A stretch of DNA of 26,972 bases from Nitrososphaeria archaeon (lineage in GTDB: Archaea > Thermoproteota > Nitrososphaeria > JACIWG01): NCBI GenBank assembly GCA_050011875.1, contig JBEKIG010000019.1:1-26972 (forward strand), given 5' to 3'. The translations under genes and the position numbers were made by a program. A model generated the notes under the pieces. The model was not told the DNA's origin and did no database searches. It saw only the letters and a list, made by a program, of their open reading frames with translations. Below, in pieces: positions 9,176 through 18,184 of the stretch. The first letter of the stretch is position 1, and each line of letters opens with the position of its first letter.

Positions 9176-11467
9176 CTACTTGATATTCCCTTGCGCATCC
9201 TTATATATCACTGCACCGCCGTTGTAATAGATCCTGTTCCTGTTATCCAGTGATACTATATCATCTATATTTACTACGGTTTGTTGCCGCTTCCATGATA
9301 GATCATTGGGGATAATCGCTATTATTACCCCATGATTTATATTGTACTTCCTGAGAAAAATATAGGCACCGTCGGGTATCGGATATTTTCCCTTCAGAGA
9401 TTTGTCCTGCACGGTGATATAGTGTCCAAATTCGTAACCTCTATACGCGGCAAAGAGGCTTCTTCCACTGTCATCAAACCATACTTGTGTTTTGCTGTCC
9501 ATCCGGTCCAGCAACCATAATGCTCCGCTAGCCTCTGGCGGGCTGAACCACGAATATAGATAATCACTGCCGGCGTCAAGAGGATGCGTTATAAAAGATG
9601 TTCCTGGTTCAGCTATAGCGTAGACGAATTCACTGGCAAAAAAGAATAGTGCTATCAACAACAAAGCCAGTATACCCTGCCAAGTCTGCGTCTGATTCAA
9701 TTGATGGGGAAGGCTATCTGTGCTAACGCCGGTCGGTGGTGCCGTCGCGTCACTTGTTGTCAGCCTGGATACCCTCTGGAACCTGAAACCAAGTCGTTTC
9801 CAGCCCAGGTTTAGCTTTTTCCATGTCAGCCCCAGAAATAATTCACCACCGGAGATACAGAACGGCGCCAGAAACAACAATGCTATGGTATAGAGCCTTT
9901 CCACGCTTGAATAATCCGTTAAAAAAGGAACCACTATGCAAACAAGCAGAAAGGAAAAACACGCCAGTGCAAAGATGTCGTATTCTCCATAAACTTTTTT
10001 TCGTGGCCGGGCAATGATCAGCTTCAAAATACCGATGCCAATGAAGAACTGCATCAGCAATAAGAGACCAATGTGAATGTAACGCAGAGCGCCAGGTTGT
10101 CCTGCGGTCAATATGAAGGACGCTTCTCGCGTATTTAAATTGAATAACTCGTTATATAAGCTTGCCGTAAGATGTTGACCTATATGCGCAATTGCGCTAA
10201 ATGTTGATGACTGCGCATTATAAATATACCAGCCAAGAGCTGACACTATGAAAAGTAACACAAAGGTCGTCGTCATCAGGGCGCCTCTTGGTTTATTAAA
10301 GACCAGCCATAAGGATAATGCAATCAGACAAAGAATTAAGAAAACATACGATACGGTATAATGAGATACTATCAGCGCAAATGCGAAAGTGATCAGCAAA
10401 ATTCTTCTATTGAGCTGGCTGACCTGTTTGTCCACAATGATTAATATTATCAGTGCAAGGAAGAACATGCCGATCTCTTGCCTCGGCAATATTGTCATGG
10501 TAGCATAGAACACCGAGATTGTTATCAGATAGAAAGCAGCAAGAAACGCGTTCTTATTGCCTACCTGCCTCTCGTAGACCGTATACAAGCCTAAGGGCAC
10601 CAGGGCATAAAATATGGGCCATATGATAATAAATAACCATCTTCCATCAAGATTTAGTATGTTAGAGAATATGGCGGGTAGAATGGTGACGCTGAGCATA
10701 GCATTATATGGGTCGGTCACCGCGGCTGAATTCCAGACCCCGTTGGCTGCTACTAGGCTATATAGATAGTACTCGTGTCTAGCATCTCGCCCCGTCACGT
10801 CGAAGGATGATAAAGAATAATGAAGAAGCAGAGCCAGTGCAAGTAAGAATATTATCAGGGGGTATAATTCATGCGGGATGAATTTGCCAAAGACAATAAG
10901 GGCTACGACAACGGCGCCCAACCCTAGCACCAATAGCTGAACAGGAATAGCGCCGGTTTGATGTGCGTTGAGCAAACAGTCCCCGAGAATGCTGACAGAC
11001 AGCAATAAGAATAGTAAAAGCGCCGGAGGAGACAATAGAGTTCTACAGTCTATACGTATGGATTCGGCATAACCTTTATCCCTGATGTAGGCTATCAAAG
11101 AGAGGATTCCCAGGACAACCGTCCATGTAATTACTAGAGGCAAGGTTGAAATCGGACGTGAAATGCCGATATACGGGTAGAACCCGTTTATGAGGAATCC
11201 GAGGAACATATCGAAGGCAAGGCTTAAGCCAACACAATATACTAACGTTTTAACCGAGCCCAAATTATGAAGCTTGAAAATCCGAATGATAATAATCCCT
11301 GGAATAAAGGTGAGGTAGATAAGACCAACGGTTTGCCTCAAAACCGGGATATCGATGCCCAAAGCACTCAATCCCAGGAGGCCCAGCACAATGAACTGAA
11401 CAATAGAGATTACGAGAAGGAATTTCTTGATTTCCCAGTCGTTTATCTGAAGAGGGTCAGCCATCAT
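9176..11467 (-). CDS. DUF2206-like multi-pass membrane protein, possibly GT-C fold
   Basis: N-terminus PLQINDWEIKKFL, motifs GRDARHEYY, YNAMLSVTILP, RQEIG and SHYTVSY, and C-terminal NRIYYNGGAVIY resemble DUF2206 proteins. Recognised from recalled family features, not from a search. Confidence 0.75.
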   Translation of the reverse strand: MMADPLQINDWEIKKFLLVISIVQFIVLGLLGLSALGIDIPVLRQTVGLIYLTFIPGIIIIRIFKLHNLGSVKTLVYCVGLSLAFDMFLGFLINGFYPYIGISRPISTLPLVITWTVVLGILSLIAYIRDKGYAESIRIDCRTLLSPPALLLFLLLSVSILGDCLLNAHQTGAIPVQLLVLGLGAVVVALIVFGKFIPHELYPLIIFLLALALLLHYSLSSFDVTGRDARHEYYLYSLVAANGVWNSAAVTDPYNAMLSVTILPAIFSNILNLDGRWLFIIIWPIFYALVPLGLYTVYERQVGNKNAFLAAFYLITISVFYATMTILPRQEIGMFFLALIILIIVDKQVSQLNRRILLITFAFALIVSHYTVSYVFLILCLIALSLWLVFNKPRGALMTTTFVLLFIVSALGWYIYNAQSSTFSAIAHIGQHLTASLYNELFNLNTREASFILTAGQPGALRYIHIGLLLLMQFFIGIGILKLIIARPRKKVYGEYDIFALACFSFLLVCIVVPFLTDYSSVERLYTIALLFLAPFCISGGELFLGLTWKKLNLGWKRLGFRFQRVSRLTTSDATAPPTGVSTDSLPHQLNQTQTWQGILALLLIALFFFASEFVYAIAEPGTSFITHPLDAGSDYLYSWFSPPEASGALWLLDRMDSKTQVWFDDSGRSLFAAYRGYEFGHYITVQDKSLKGKYPIPDGAYIFLRKYNINHGVIIAIIPNDLSWKRQQTVVNIDDIVSLDNRNRIYYNGGAVIYKDAQGNIK

Positions 11468-11495
11468 TTCCCGCTGCTGCTATTCGTTCCAAAGA

Positions 11496-12467
11496 TTATT
11501 GCAAAGACAAGATAGATCCATGCTTTTTTGTAACCCCCCGCTCATGCATTTTCTTGTAGCTTATCACAGCTTTGTCGTAGCCGTTTTGCCCAGTCAAGGA
11601 AGCTAGATAAGCAAGCATAGAAACGATATCTAAAGGATTTGCGATGGCAGCTTTAAAAAAATAGCCTCTTCCTTCGCTCAGTTTTCCCTCGGAGCACAAA
11701 CTAGCCCCCAGGTTGACGTAGAATCTTGCCAGTGTTCGTCTGTCTTTCCTGATGTCTTCAAAATGTTTCTCCAAGATCATTTCTAGACCTCTAGTACAAG
11801 AAGCTGGCTTAGTTGCGGTAAGATGGTCGGGCATGAAATTATGTATTACCAATGGCTCGTCGATTAACTTAATATCGTAGTACTTTGAAATTCTTATCCA
11901 CAATTCCCTGTCTTCGGAGATATGGAAACACTCATCGAACATCCCGACTTTTGAAAGACACTCTCTTCGTATGACAGCGGTTGAAGGATACACAATAAGA
12001 GGGTCTACAAAGAGGCTGTAATGGATATTGCCTTCTCTATTAGCTGTATAAGGTGGTGGTATATAGGTTTTGTTATTTCCTTCTACTTGTATCAGACCAG
12101 TGTATACTATGCCAACTTGAGGCGATGCATTCCTAAAAGCTTTCATCTGTTTCTCAAGTTTCTCTGGGAGCCATTCATCGTCGCTATCCAAAAACGCTAT
12201 ATACTCGCCTTTTGCTGCCATTATCCCAGTATTACGCGTAGCCGCTGGTCCCTTATTTCTCTCATGCCGAATATACGCGATCTTTTTAGAACTAATGCTT
12301 TGTACAATCTCAGATGTGTTATCAGTCGAGGTGTCGTCAACTATAAGTATTTCAAAATCCTCATAAGTCTGATTAAGGATGCTTTGAATGGCTCGCCCTA
12401 CCATGTACCCTCTGTTATACGTTGGTACTATTATACTTACATTTACTTCAGTCACTGTCACAATCAA
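11496..12467 (-). CDS. glycosyltransferase family 2; the true start is probably GTG at 12461
   Basis: VSIIVPTYNR, IVDDTSTD, AATRNTG, YIAFLDSDDEW and SEDRELW. Confidence 0.92.
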   Translation of the reverse strand: MIVTVTEVNVSIIVPTYNRGYMVGRAIQSILNQTYEDFEILIVDDTSTDNTSEIVQSISSKKIAYIRHERNKGPAATRNTGIMAAKGEYIAFLDSDDEWLPEKLEKQMKAFRNASPQVGIVYTGLIQVEGNNKTYIPPPYTANREGNIHYSLFVDPLIVYPSTAVIRRECLSKVGMFDECFHISEDRELWIRISKYYDIKLIDEPLVIHNFMPDHLTATKPASCTRGLEMILEKHFEDIRKDRRTLARFYVNLGASLCSEGKLSEGRGYFFKAAIANPLDIVSMLAYLASLTGQNGYDKAVISYKKMHERGVTKKHGSILSLQ

Positions 12468-12598
12468 CTCCCTTTCAGACTATCAGATTTATCAAAGCCA
12501 TTCTATCACTGAACATACTCTATTACATCGGCGTGTATCCGAATTGCCCACGGTATTTGTCTAGTCATCAATGATAGTCTTTGTCCGGTAGTGAATAG

Positions 12599-13582
12599 TT
12601 ATCCTGATTGGTATATCTTTTCAATCAATCTCATTACTTTTAAGGAATCAGCCGAGTTGGCTGTCGCTACCGGGGCATTCGTGTCTATGCATTGAATAAA
12701 TGTTCTTACCTCTTCTTCAAAGGAATTGTCAATCGAAAATGCAAACCTCTCTTCTTTTGTCCAGACTGCTTCCGGGGCCTCCGTTCGGTTTTCAGCTACA
12801 GACATCTCCTCTTTTCCATATGTCCCCGAGGGTGTTAACAAGCCGTTAATGACGATGTAACCCCGTTCCATGAACATTTCGAAGGAAAAAATGTGTCGCC
12901 ATTGTGTCATCGTGGAGTGAAGCGATGCGACCTGCCCCCGTGAATTCTTCAGGATTGCGAATACGTTATCCTCAATGTCCAGGTGCCAGTACAGATCCGA
13001 GCAAACAGCCTTTACTTCTTCGAACGAGTCACAGAACATTAAGAAAAGATCGAGCATGTGTATGCCCTGGTCCATCAGAATCCCGCCACCGGCATAGGCT
13101 TTCTTGGCGCGCCAGGTGTTGAAGAAATCTTTATCTACACTCTTTCCATAGCGCCCTCTCAGCCACAATATTTTCCCGTATTTACCAGAATCGACCAGCC
13201 TTTTCGCTTCAATAATGCTCTGGTGCTGCCGATGGTTGAAACCAACCATGAATTTACATCCGGGATTTCTCTTTTCAGCACCGATTATTTCCAAAATCTG
13301 GGCCGAATTGACGCCGGGCGGTTTCTCGCAGAAAACATGTTTCCCTGAATCCAGTCCACGAATTATTAAATCTTTGTTCAAATAGTTCGGGGTACAGACA
13401 AAAACAATATCAACATCATCATCGTTAAATATTTCATTGGGCTCTTTGGTAAATTTGAAGTTACCCTCTTGAGGCACGGAATCACATACATATTTCACTG
13501 AACAATCTCGGATAGAATTTATATTGTCCTTCCTTATTCTACCCATCTTTCCAAAGCCTAGAATACCTGCTTTATGATGCAT
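12599..13582 (-). CDS. Gfo/Idh/MocA family oxidoreductase
   Basis: GILGFGKMG Rossmann motif, HVFCEKP, VGFNHR and GGGILMDQGIHMLD. Start moved to ATG 13582, which has AGGAG upstream and overlaps the preceding gene's end. Confidence 0.9.
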   Translation of the reverse strand: MHHKAGILGFGKMGRIRKDNINSIRDCSVKYVCDSVPQEGNFKFTKEPNEIFNDDDVDIVFVCTPNYLNKDLIIRGLDSGKHVFCEKPPGVNSAQILEIIGAEKRNPGCKFMVGFNHRQHQSIIEAKRLVDSGKYGKILWLRGRYGKSVDKDFFNTWRAKKAYAGGGILMDQGIHMLDLFLMFCDSFEEVKAVCSDLYWHLDIEDNVFAILKNSRGQVASLHSTMTQWRHIFSFEMFMERGYIVINGLLTPSGTYGKEEMSVAENRTEAPEAVWTKEERFAFSIDNSFEEEVRTFIQCIDTNAPVATANSADSLKVMRLIEKIYQSG

Positions 13583-14645
13583 TTTGGATACTCCTATAAT
13601 CATTGAGATATTGTTTTAAGCTATCGTCTATCGGGAGCTTCCTTTTTAGCATTTCACCGGGACCTTTAGTTAATATAAAACTAAGATTTTCGTCAACATT
13701 CTTTTTATCCTTAGATAAAGCAACTAAAAATGGCTCCATTTGTTCAGATTCAAGGCGAATATCAGGGTAGTTCTTTTCCAATGCTTTTCTCATCTGTTGG
13801 TAAGATTTCTCTGGCAAAATCCCAAGCCTAAAGGATATATAATTTGCCATATCCATTCCTATTGTAACTGCCTGACCATGGCATACTTTATAGCTTGTGA
13901 TAGACTCGATAGCATGACCGAATGTGTGACCATAATTTAATATGTTTCGGTAATCCCTATCGAATTCATCCTTTTCTATTATTTTCTTCTTAATCGATAA
14001 ACTTCTAAGTATTAGCTCATTGAGTACAGGGCTTGAAGCTGACTCAGTATAATGAGACAGAATATATTCCAGGCTGTCTTCCCCATCTAAAAGGTGAACC
14101 TTAATTATTTCCCCTAAGCCTGATTTTATATCGATTAGTGATAAAGTTTTGAGAAAATTGAAATCTAATACTATATGGTCTGGTGGATAATAAGTTCCCA
14201 GCTGATTTTTAAACTCACCTACATTGATTGAAGTTTTACTTCCGATGCAGCTATCACTCTGTGATAATAGAGTAGTGGGATATAAAATCCATGCTATTCC
14301 CCGGAACAGTATTGATGATACGAATCCAGTTATATCCTGGATGATGCCTCCACCAATTGCCACTAGCCTGTCATCCCTTTTAATACTATTATTTATAAGG
14401 AGCTTTATGATAGTTTGAGCGTAGTCGAGGGTCTTATGCGACTCGCTTGCTTCAACTATCAGATGCTTCTGTTTTGCTAATATACTATGAAGCTTGTCCT
14501 TGTAGTGATAGAATACAGATTGATCAATTATATAAAAGGATTTTTCTGACGAGTTCTTAATCAAAGCCTCGGAGAAATCATCTACAAATATAATGGAATA
14601 GTCTTTTATATTAGACTTCACTTTTAGCTCTTTAAGTGTTGACAT
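13572..14645 (-). CDS. AroB-like sugar-phosphate cyclase (3-dehydroquinate synthase superfamily)
   Basis: GGGIIQDITGF, PTTLLSQSDSCIGSK, KNQLGTYYPP, GLGEIIK, NYGHTFGHAIES, HGQAV and DKK. Context argues against housekeeping aroB. The start (ATG 14645 or GTG 14654) is uncertain. Confidence 0.85.
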   Translation of the reverse strand: MSTLKELKVKSNIKDYSIIFVDDFSEALIKNSSEKSFYIIDQSVFYHYKDKLHSILAKQKHLIVEASESHKTLDYAQTIIKLLINNSIKRDDRLVAIGGGIIQDITGFVSSILFRGIAWILYPTTLLSQSDSCIGSKTSINVGEFKNQLGTYYPPDHIVLDFNFLKTLSLIDIKSGLGEIIKVHLLDGEDSLEYILSHYTESASSPVLNELILRSLSIKKKIIEKDEFDRDYRNILNYGHTFGHAIESITSYKVCHGQAVTIGMDMANYISFRLGILPEKSYQQMRKALEKNYPDIRLESEQMEPFLVALSKDKKNVDENLSFILTKGPGEMLKRKLPIDDSLKQYLNDYRSIQNAS

Positions 14646-15393
14646 AACCACCATCCACGATGATATTCTGCCCCGAAATGTAAGTATTCAGCTCACTTGA
14701 TAGGAATAATATGACCTTCGATATATCTTCAGGGGTAGCAAGTCTTCCCATCGGTATTCTCTTTACTAAATCTTTAATTTCGGTTTCGCTCAATGTTTTT
14801 TTTGTCAGATCGGTTAAAACAAAACCAGGGGAAACGCAATTCACCAATATATTATATGGTGCTAGGTCAATTGCGGCAGCTCTGGTCAGCCCAATTAATC
14901 CAGATTTAGTTGATGAATAAATTGACCTTTTCTCCCTGCTGATCACACCGAATATGGAAGCAATATTGATAATTTTGCCGTAGCCATTTTTTTTCATGAT
15001 TTGGCTTACCTCTCGACATATCACAAAGGGTGCCTTAAGGTTTACGTTAATAATATCACTCCAGTCGGTCAGCGAAGTGTCGTAGATATAATCAATTCTA
15101 TTGATCCCAGAATTATTAATACAGACGTCTATCTTACTAAACTTTCTCAACTCATGAGTCAAGTTAAACAGAGAGTCTTCACTTAAAAAATCCGCGCAGT
15201 AATATTTGATGTTCTTTCTATTGTTCCTTATCAGGTTCTCGTTTAATTCTTTTATTTCATCCGGTCTTGTACCTGTTAGAATAAGCTCGGCTCCTAGCTT
15301 CCCAAAATCATGCGCTAACTGCTTGCCAATCCCATGCGTTGCGCCGGTAATAAGAACCACTTTATTTTCAAAATGAATCTCCATTACGCTCAC
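14632..15393 (-). CDS. short-chain dehydrogenase/reductase (FabG-like SDR)
   Basis: ITGATHGIG, NNSG, YSSTK (YxxxK), VSPGFVLTD and VDGG. Confidence 0.92.
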   Translation of the reverse strand: MSVMEIHFENKVVLITGATHGIGKQLAHDFGKLGAELILTGTRPDEIKELNENLIRNNRKNIKYYCADFLSEDSLFNLTHELRKFSKIDVCINNSGINRIDYIYDTSLTDWSDIINVNLKAPFVICREVSQIMKKNGYGKIINIASIFGVISREKRSIYSSTKSGLIGLTRAAAIDLAPYNILVNCVSPGFVLTDLTKKTLSETEIKDLVKRIPMGRLATPEDISKVILFLSSELNTYISGQNIIVDGGYVNT

Positions 15394-15582
15394 TTCTCCA
15401 AAATCACATCTGGCATTTATGTCTCAACAATGTTTGATTCGGCTTTTTGCTAATATTAATTCTCCAATTCTCTCAGAAGTTCTTGAATATCAGTAACAGA
15501 ATTGGTTAAGAAATTAACAGTCCTACTAACTATACGTGAAGTCGTAAAAAATATTGATGTATCGAGTTGGAAAAGAATCTCC

Positions 15583-15759
15583 CTATAAGGTTCTGTCCAG
15601 AGCACGTCGCTCAGTCTCCCTATCCGAGGCTGTTTTCACATCCTTGTCGTGCCCAGATTGGACCAAGACACCGGTCCTGTGAGTTCCCAAATATGCACCG
15701 GCGGATAATGCAGCCTGCTCGGCTACGGCGAGATATTTATTAAGGTCCACATAATTCAC
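15583..15759 (-). pseudogene. truncated N-terminal fragment of an inositol monophosphatase (SuhB/CysQ)-family gene
   Basis: Manual translation (58 aa): MNYVDLNKYLAVAEQAALSAGAYLGTHRTGVLVQSGHDKDVKTASDRETERRALDRTL*. It matches the IMPase N-terminal A..AA..AG..L and D..T..D...E pattern. The catalytic EE and DPLDGT motifs are absent. Confidence 0.6.
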
Positions 15760-15780
15760 AAGGCGTTTCCTTGAAATAGG

Positions 15781-16413
15781 CTAGTCACGTTTTGTTTTTC
15801 CCAGTCTAAATGCCAGATATGTTGTAATCAGGTGAACAAGTATCAGGTGAATATCCTCAACAGGCCCGTATTCGCCTTTCAGAGTACTTACATGAACACA
15901 ATGATGGCAGGCGTTTTTCATAGAGCCTCCATCAAAGCCAACTATTCCAACTGTAATGCCATTTTTATTGTTGGCATAGTCAATTGCTCTAAGTAAATTG
16001 GGAGAATTTCCGCTTACGGATATGGCTACCAGGACATCCCCGGCGTTAAAAAGGGGCCGCAATTGCGCCATAAAGAGGTTCTCGTATCCCTCATCATTGC
16101 CAACCGCCGTTAGATAGGCGGAGTTGTCAACCAGGCTTAGTGCCTTGTATGGTTTCTTGCCATCCACGATAGTCCCGTAGGTCAAATCTTCAGCAAAATG
16201 CGAACAGGTGGCCGCGCTTCCGCCATTCCCGGCCATGAAGATGGTTTTTCCATTATCCCTGGCCTTTTCAAATACCCCAATCATTTTTTCGATTGCCGCA
16301 AGATCGAGAGTCCCACACAGTTCAGTCAGGTAAGACAGATACCCACGGGCGTAATCTTTTCCAGATTGCGAATTTGAATATATTTTTTCCAACCTATTCA
16401 TCTGTATCCTCAT
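15781..16413 (-). CDS. SIS-domain sugar isomerase, GmhA-like phosphoheptose isomerase
   Basis: FMAGNGGSAATCSHFAED, LTAVGND, ISVSGNSPN, GFDGG and VEDIH. Confidence 0.88.
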   Translation of the reverse strand: MRIQMNRLEKIYSNSQSGKDYARGYLSYLTELCGTLDLAAIEKMIGVFEKARDNGKTIFMAGNGGSAATCSHFAEDLTYGTIVDGKKPYKALSLVDNSAYLTAVGNDEGYENLFMAQLRPLFNAGDVLVAISVSGNSPNLLRAIDYANNKNGITVGIVGFDGGSMKNACHHCVHVSTLKGEYGPVEDIHLILVHLITTYLAFRLGKTKRD

Positions 16414-16452
16414 TAACTATATTCCCCAAAATCACTATTTTCGTTGCGGATG

Positions 16453-17403
16453 CTATTCACAACCATGGCTGAAATGAGGATTAAGAACACTTAACAGGTT
16501 CCTCACGGACTGCATTTCCATTTCCAATCTAGCCTCCCTGGCGTATGACCCGATATGCGGTGTAACCACAACATTGTCAAGCTGGCGTAGAGGTCCGGAA
16601 TATGGCTCTTTGCCGAAAACGTCAAGTGCAGCGCCGGACAGATGCCCGCTGGTTAACTGTAGATAAAGAGCTTCCTCATCAACAACATCCCCTCTGGAGA
16701 GGTTTAGCAGATATGCCCCTTTTCTCATAAGCTCCATTTCTTTTTTTCCAATCATGTGTTTATTAGCTTCACTATACGAAATATGCAGGCATAGGATTTC
16801 GCTGTCTTTTAGCAATTTTTTCATGTTAACTAATTGGACGTGGTTTGACTGGAGCCATTGAAAATCAGGTTCTATTTCAACCCCGGACACGTTTGTACCC
16901 AACCGCAACAATAGTTCGGCCACCTTCTTGCCGATACGTCCCAGGCCAACGATGCCAACTCTCTTACCTTGCAATAAGCTTCCGGTGTCCTTCCTCCAAT
17001 TACCTTTTCTGAGTTCTCTATCAAGAAAGGAAATTCGCCTCAGCAGATCGAAGATCAGCCCGACCGTAAGTTCAGCCACTGCCACTGTGGGGGCATCCGG
17101 CGTATTCAGCACAGCTATGCCTTTCCGTTTGGCAGCTTTCAAATCCACATTGTCCAGCCCGATTCCACAACGAGAAATTACTTTCAGGTCTTTAGCCTTT
17201 TCCAGAACCTGAGCTGTAAGTGGCTCTACCCCGGCAATCATTCCATCTGGTTTTATTTCTAGAAGAAGATTAATTACCTCATCTTCAGTTAACTTCCTGC
17301 CGTGCGGATTAAGGATAACCTCATAGCCAGCGTCTCGAAGAATACTGAGCGGTAGAGAGTCTTCCTTTCCAAAGGCGGACGTGGTGATTAATACCCTATG
17401 CAT
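16453..17403 (-). CDS. D-isomer-specific 2-hydroxyacid dehydrogenase (phosphoglycerate dehydrogenase-like)
   Basis: ISRCGIGLDNVD, GIVGLGRIG, NLSRGDVVDE, AALDVF and TPHIG. Start moved to ATG 17403 (MHRVLITT), which overlaps the aldolase end. Confidence 0.9.
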   Translation of the reverse strand: MHRVLITTSAFGKEDSLPLSILRDAGYEVILNPHGRKLTEDEVINLLLEIKPDGMIAGVEPLTAQVLEKAKDLKVISRCGIGLDNVDLKAAKRKGIAVLNTPDAPTVAVAELTVGLIFDLLRRISFLDRELRKGNWRKDTGSLLQGKRVGIVGLGRIGKKVAELLLRLGTNVSGVEIEPDFQWLQSNHVQLVNMKKLLKDSEILCLHISYSEANKHMIGKKEMELMRKGAYLLNLSRGDVVDEEALYLQLTSGHLSGAALDVFGKEPYSGPLRQLDNVVVTPHIGSYAREARLEMEMQSVRNLLSVLNPHFSHGCE

Positions 17404-18184
17404 GTTCCCACCCCAGCTTATTGCGAATAATGTTGATCCCGCCACGGCATGAATTTCCCAGGAATAGAAAATCCACGCTGAAAGCCAGCAAGCGATAACC
17501 CTGGCCAACTTTTTCTACCACCATGGCTGGATCATCTGGAACAACATGATAGCCTGCTACAGCGCCAAGCCGTCTTGCCGTGTTCTTCACCGAAGTTAAC
17601 GCCTTTACAACTGCCGGATGGTCGAACTGTCCGGGGACACCAAGGGAAGCGGAAAGGTCGTAGGGGCCGATGATAAAAGCGTCAACACCTTTTACCGACA
17701 AAATAGTTTCCAGATTCTCAACCGCCTCAATATGTTCTATCTGAACGATGACCACGCTCCCCGTTTCATTCCACTTTCTATATCCCTCAAAATCGACACC
17801 ATAGGCCTGGGCGCGGGCAAGGCCAACACCACGGAATCCCTGTGGCGGATACTTAACAGCCCCAACAGCTCGTTCAGCATCCTCCTTGTTATTGACCATC
17901 GGAACGATAACTCCATGTGCGCCGGCATCCATAACCCGTTTGATAATGGTAGCATCATTAACTCCCACCCGCACCAGCGGGATGCACCCGCTCAGTTCAA
18001 TTACCCGGATCAACTCCTGTGCCTGGTTAATATCGATGGCGCTGTGCTCCATATCCACTGTTAGCCAGTCAAATCCGGCCTTTGCCATTATCTCAGCGAT
18101 AGCAGGTTCCCCCATAGTAATCCACGATCCTATGGTTAGCTCTCTGTTTTGCAGTTTCGATTTCAGGTTCTTGATTTGATTCAT
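17396..18184 (-). CDS. HpcH/HpaI family class II pyruvate aldolase
   Basis: GFDWLTVDMEHS, GAHGVIVPMV, YPPQGFRGVG, VQIEH and IGPYDLSAS. Confidence 0.92.
   Translation of the reverse strand: MNQIKNLKSKLQNRELTIGSWITMGEPAIAEIMAKAGFDWLTVDMEHSAIDINQAQELIRVIELSGCIPLVRVGVNDATIIKRVMDAGAHGVIVPMVNNKEDAERAVGAVKYPPQGFRGVGLARAQAYGVDFEGYRKWNETGSVVIVQIEHIEAVENLETILSVKGVDAFIIGPYDLSASLGVPGQFDHPAVVKALTSVKNTARRLGAVAGYHVVPDDPAMVVEKVGQGYRLLAFSVDFLFLGNSCRGGINIIRNKLGWEHA

Noticed and set aside
12021-12512. 163-aa + strand ORF and the other short overlapping ORFs in the track
   Set aside because: They are antisense or alternate-frame shadows of well-supported genes and have no recognisable motifs.
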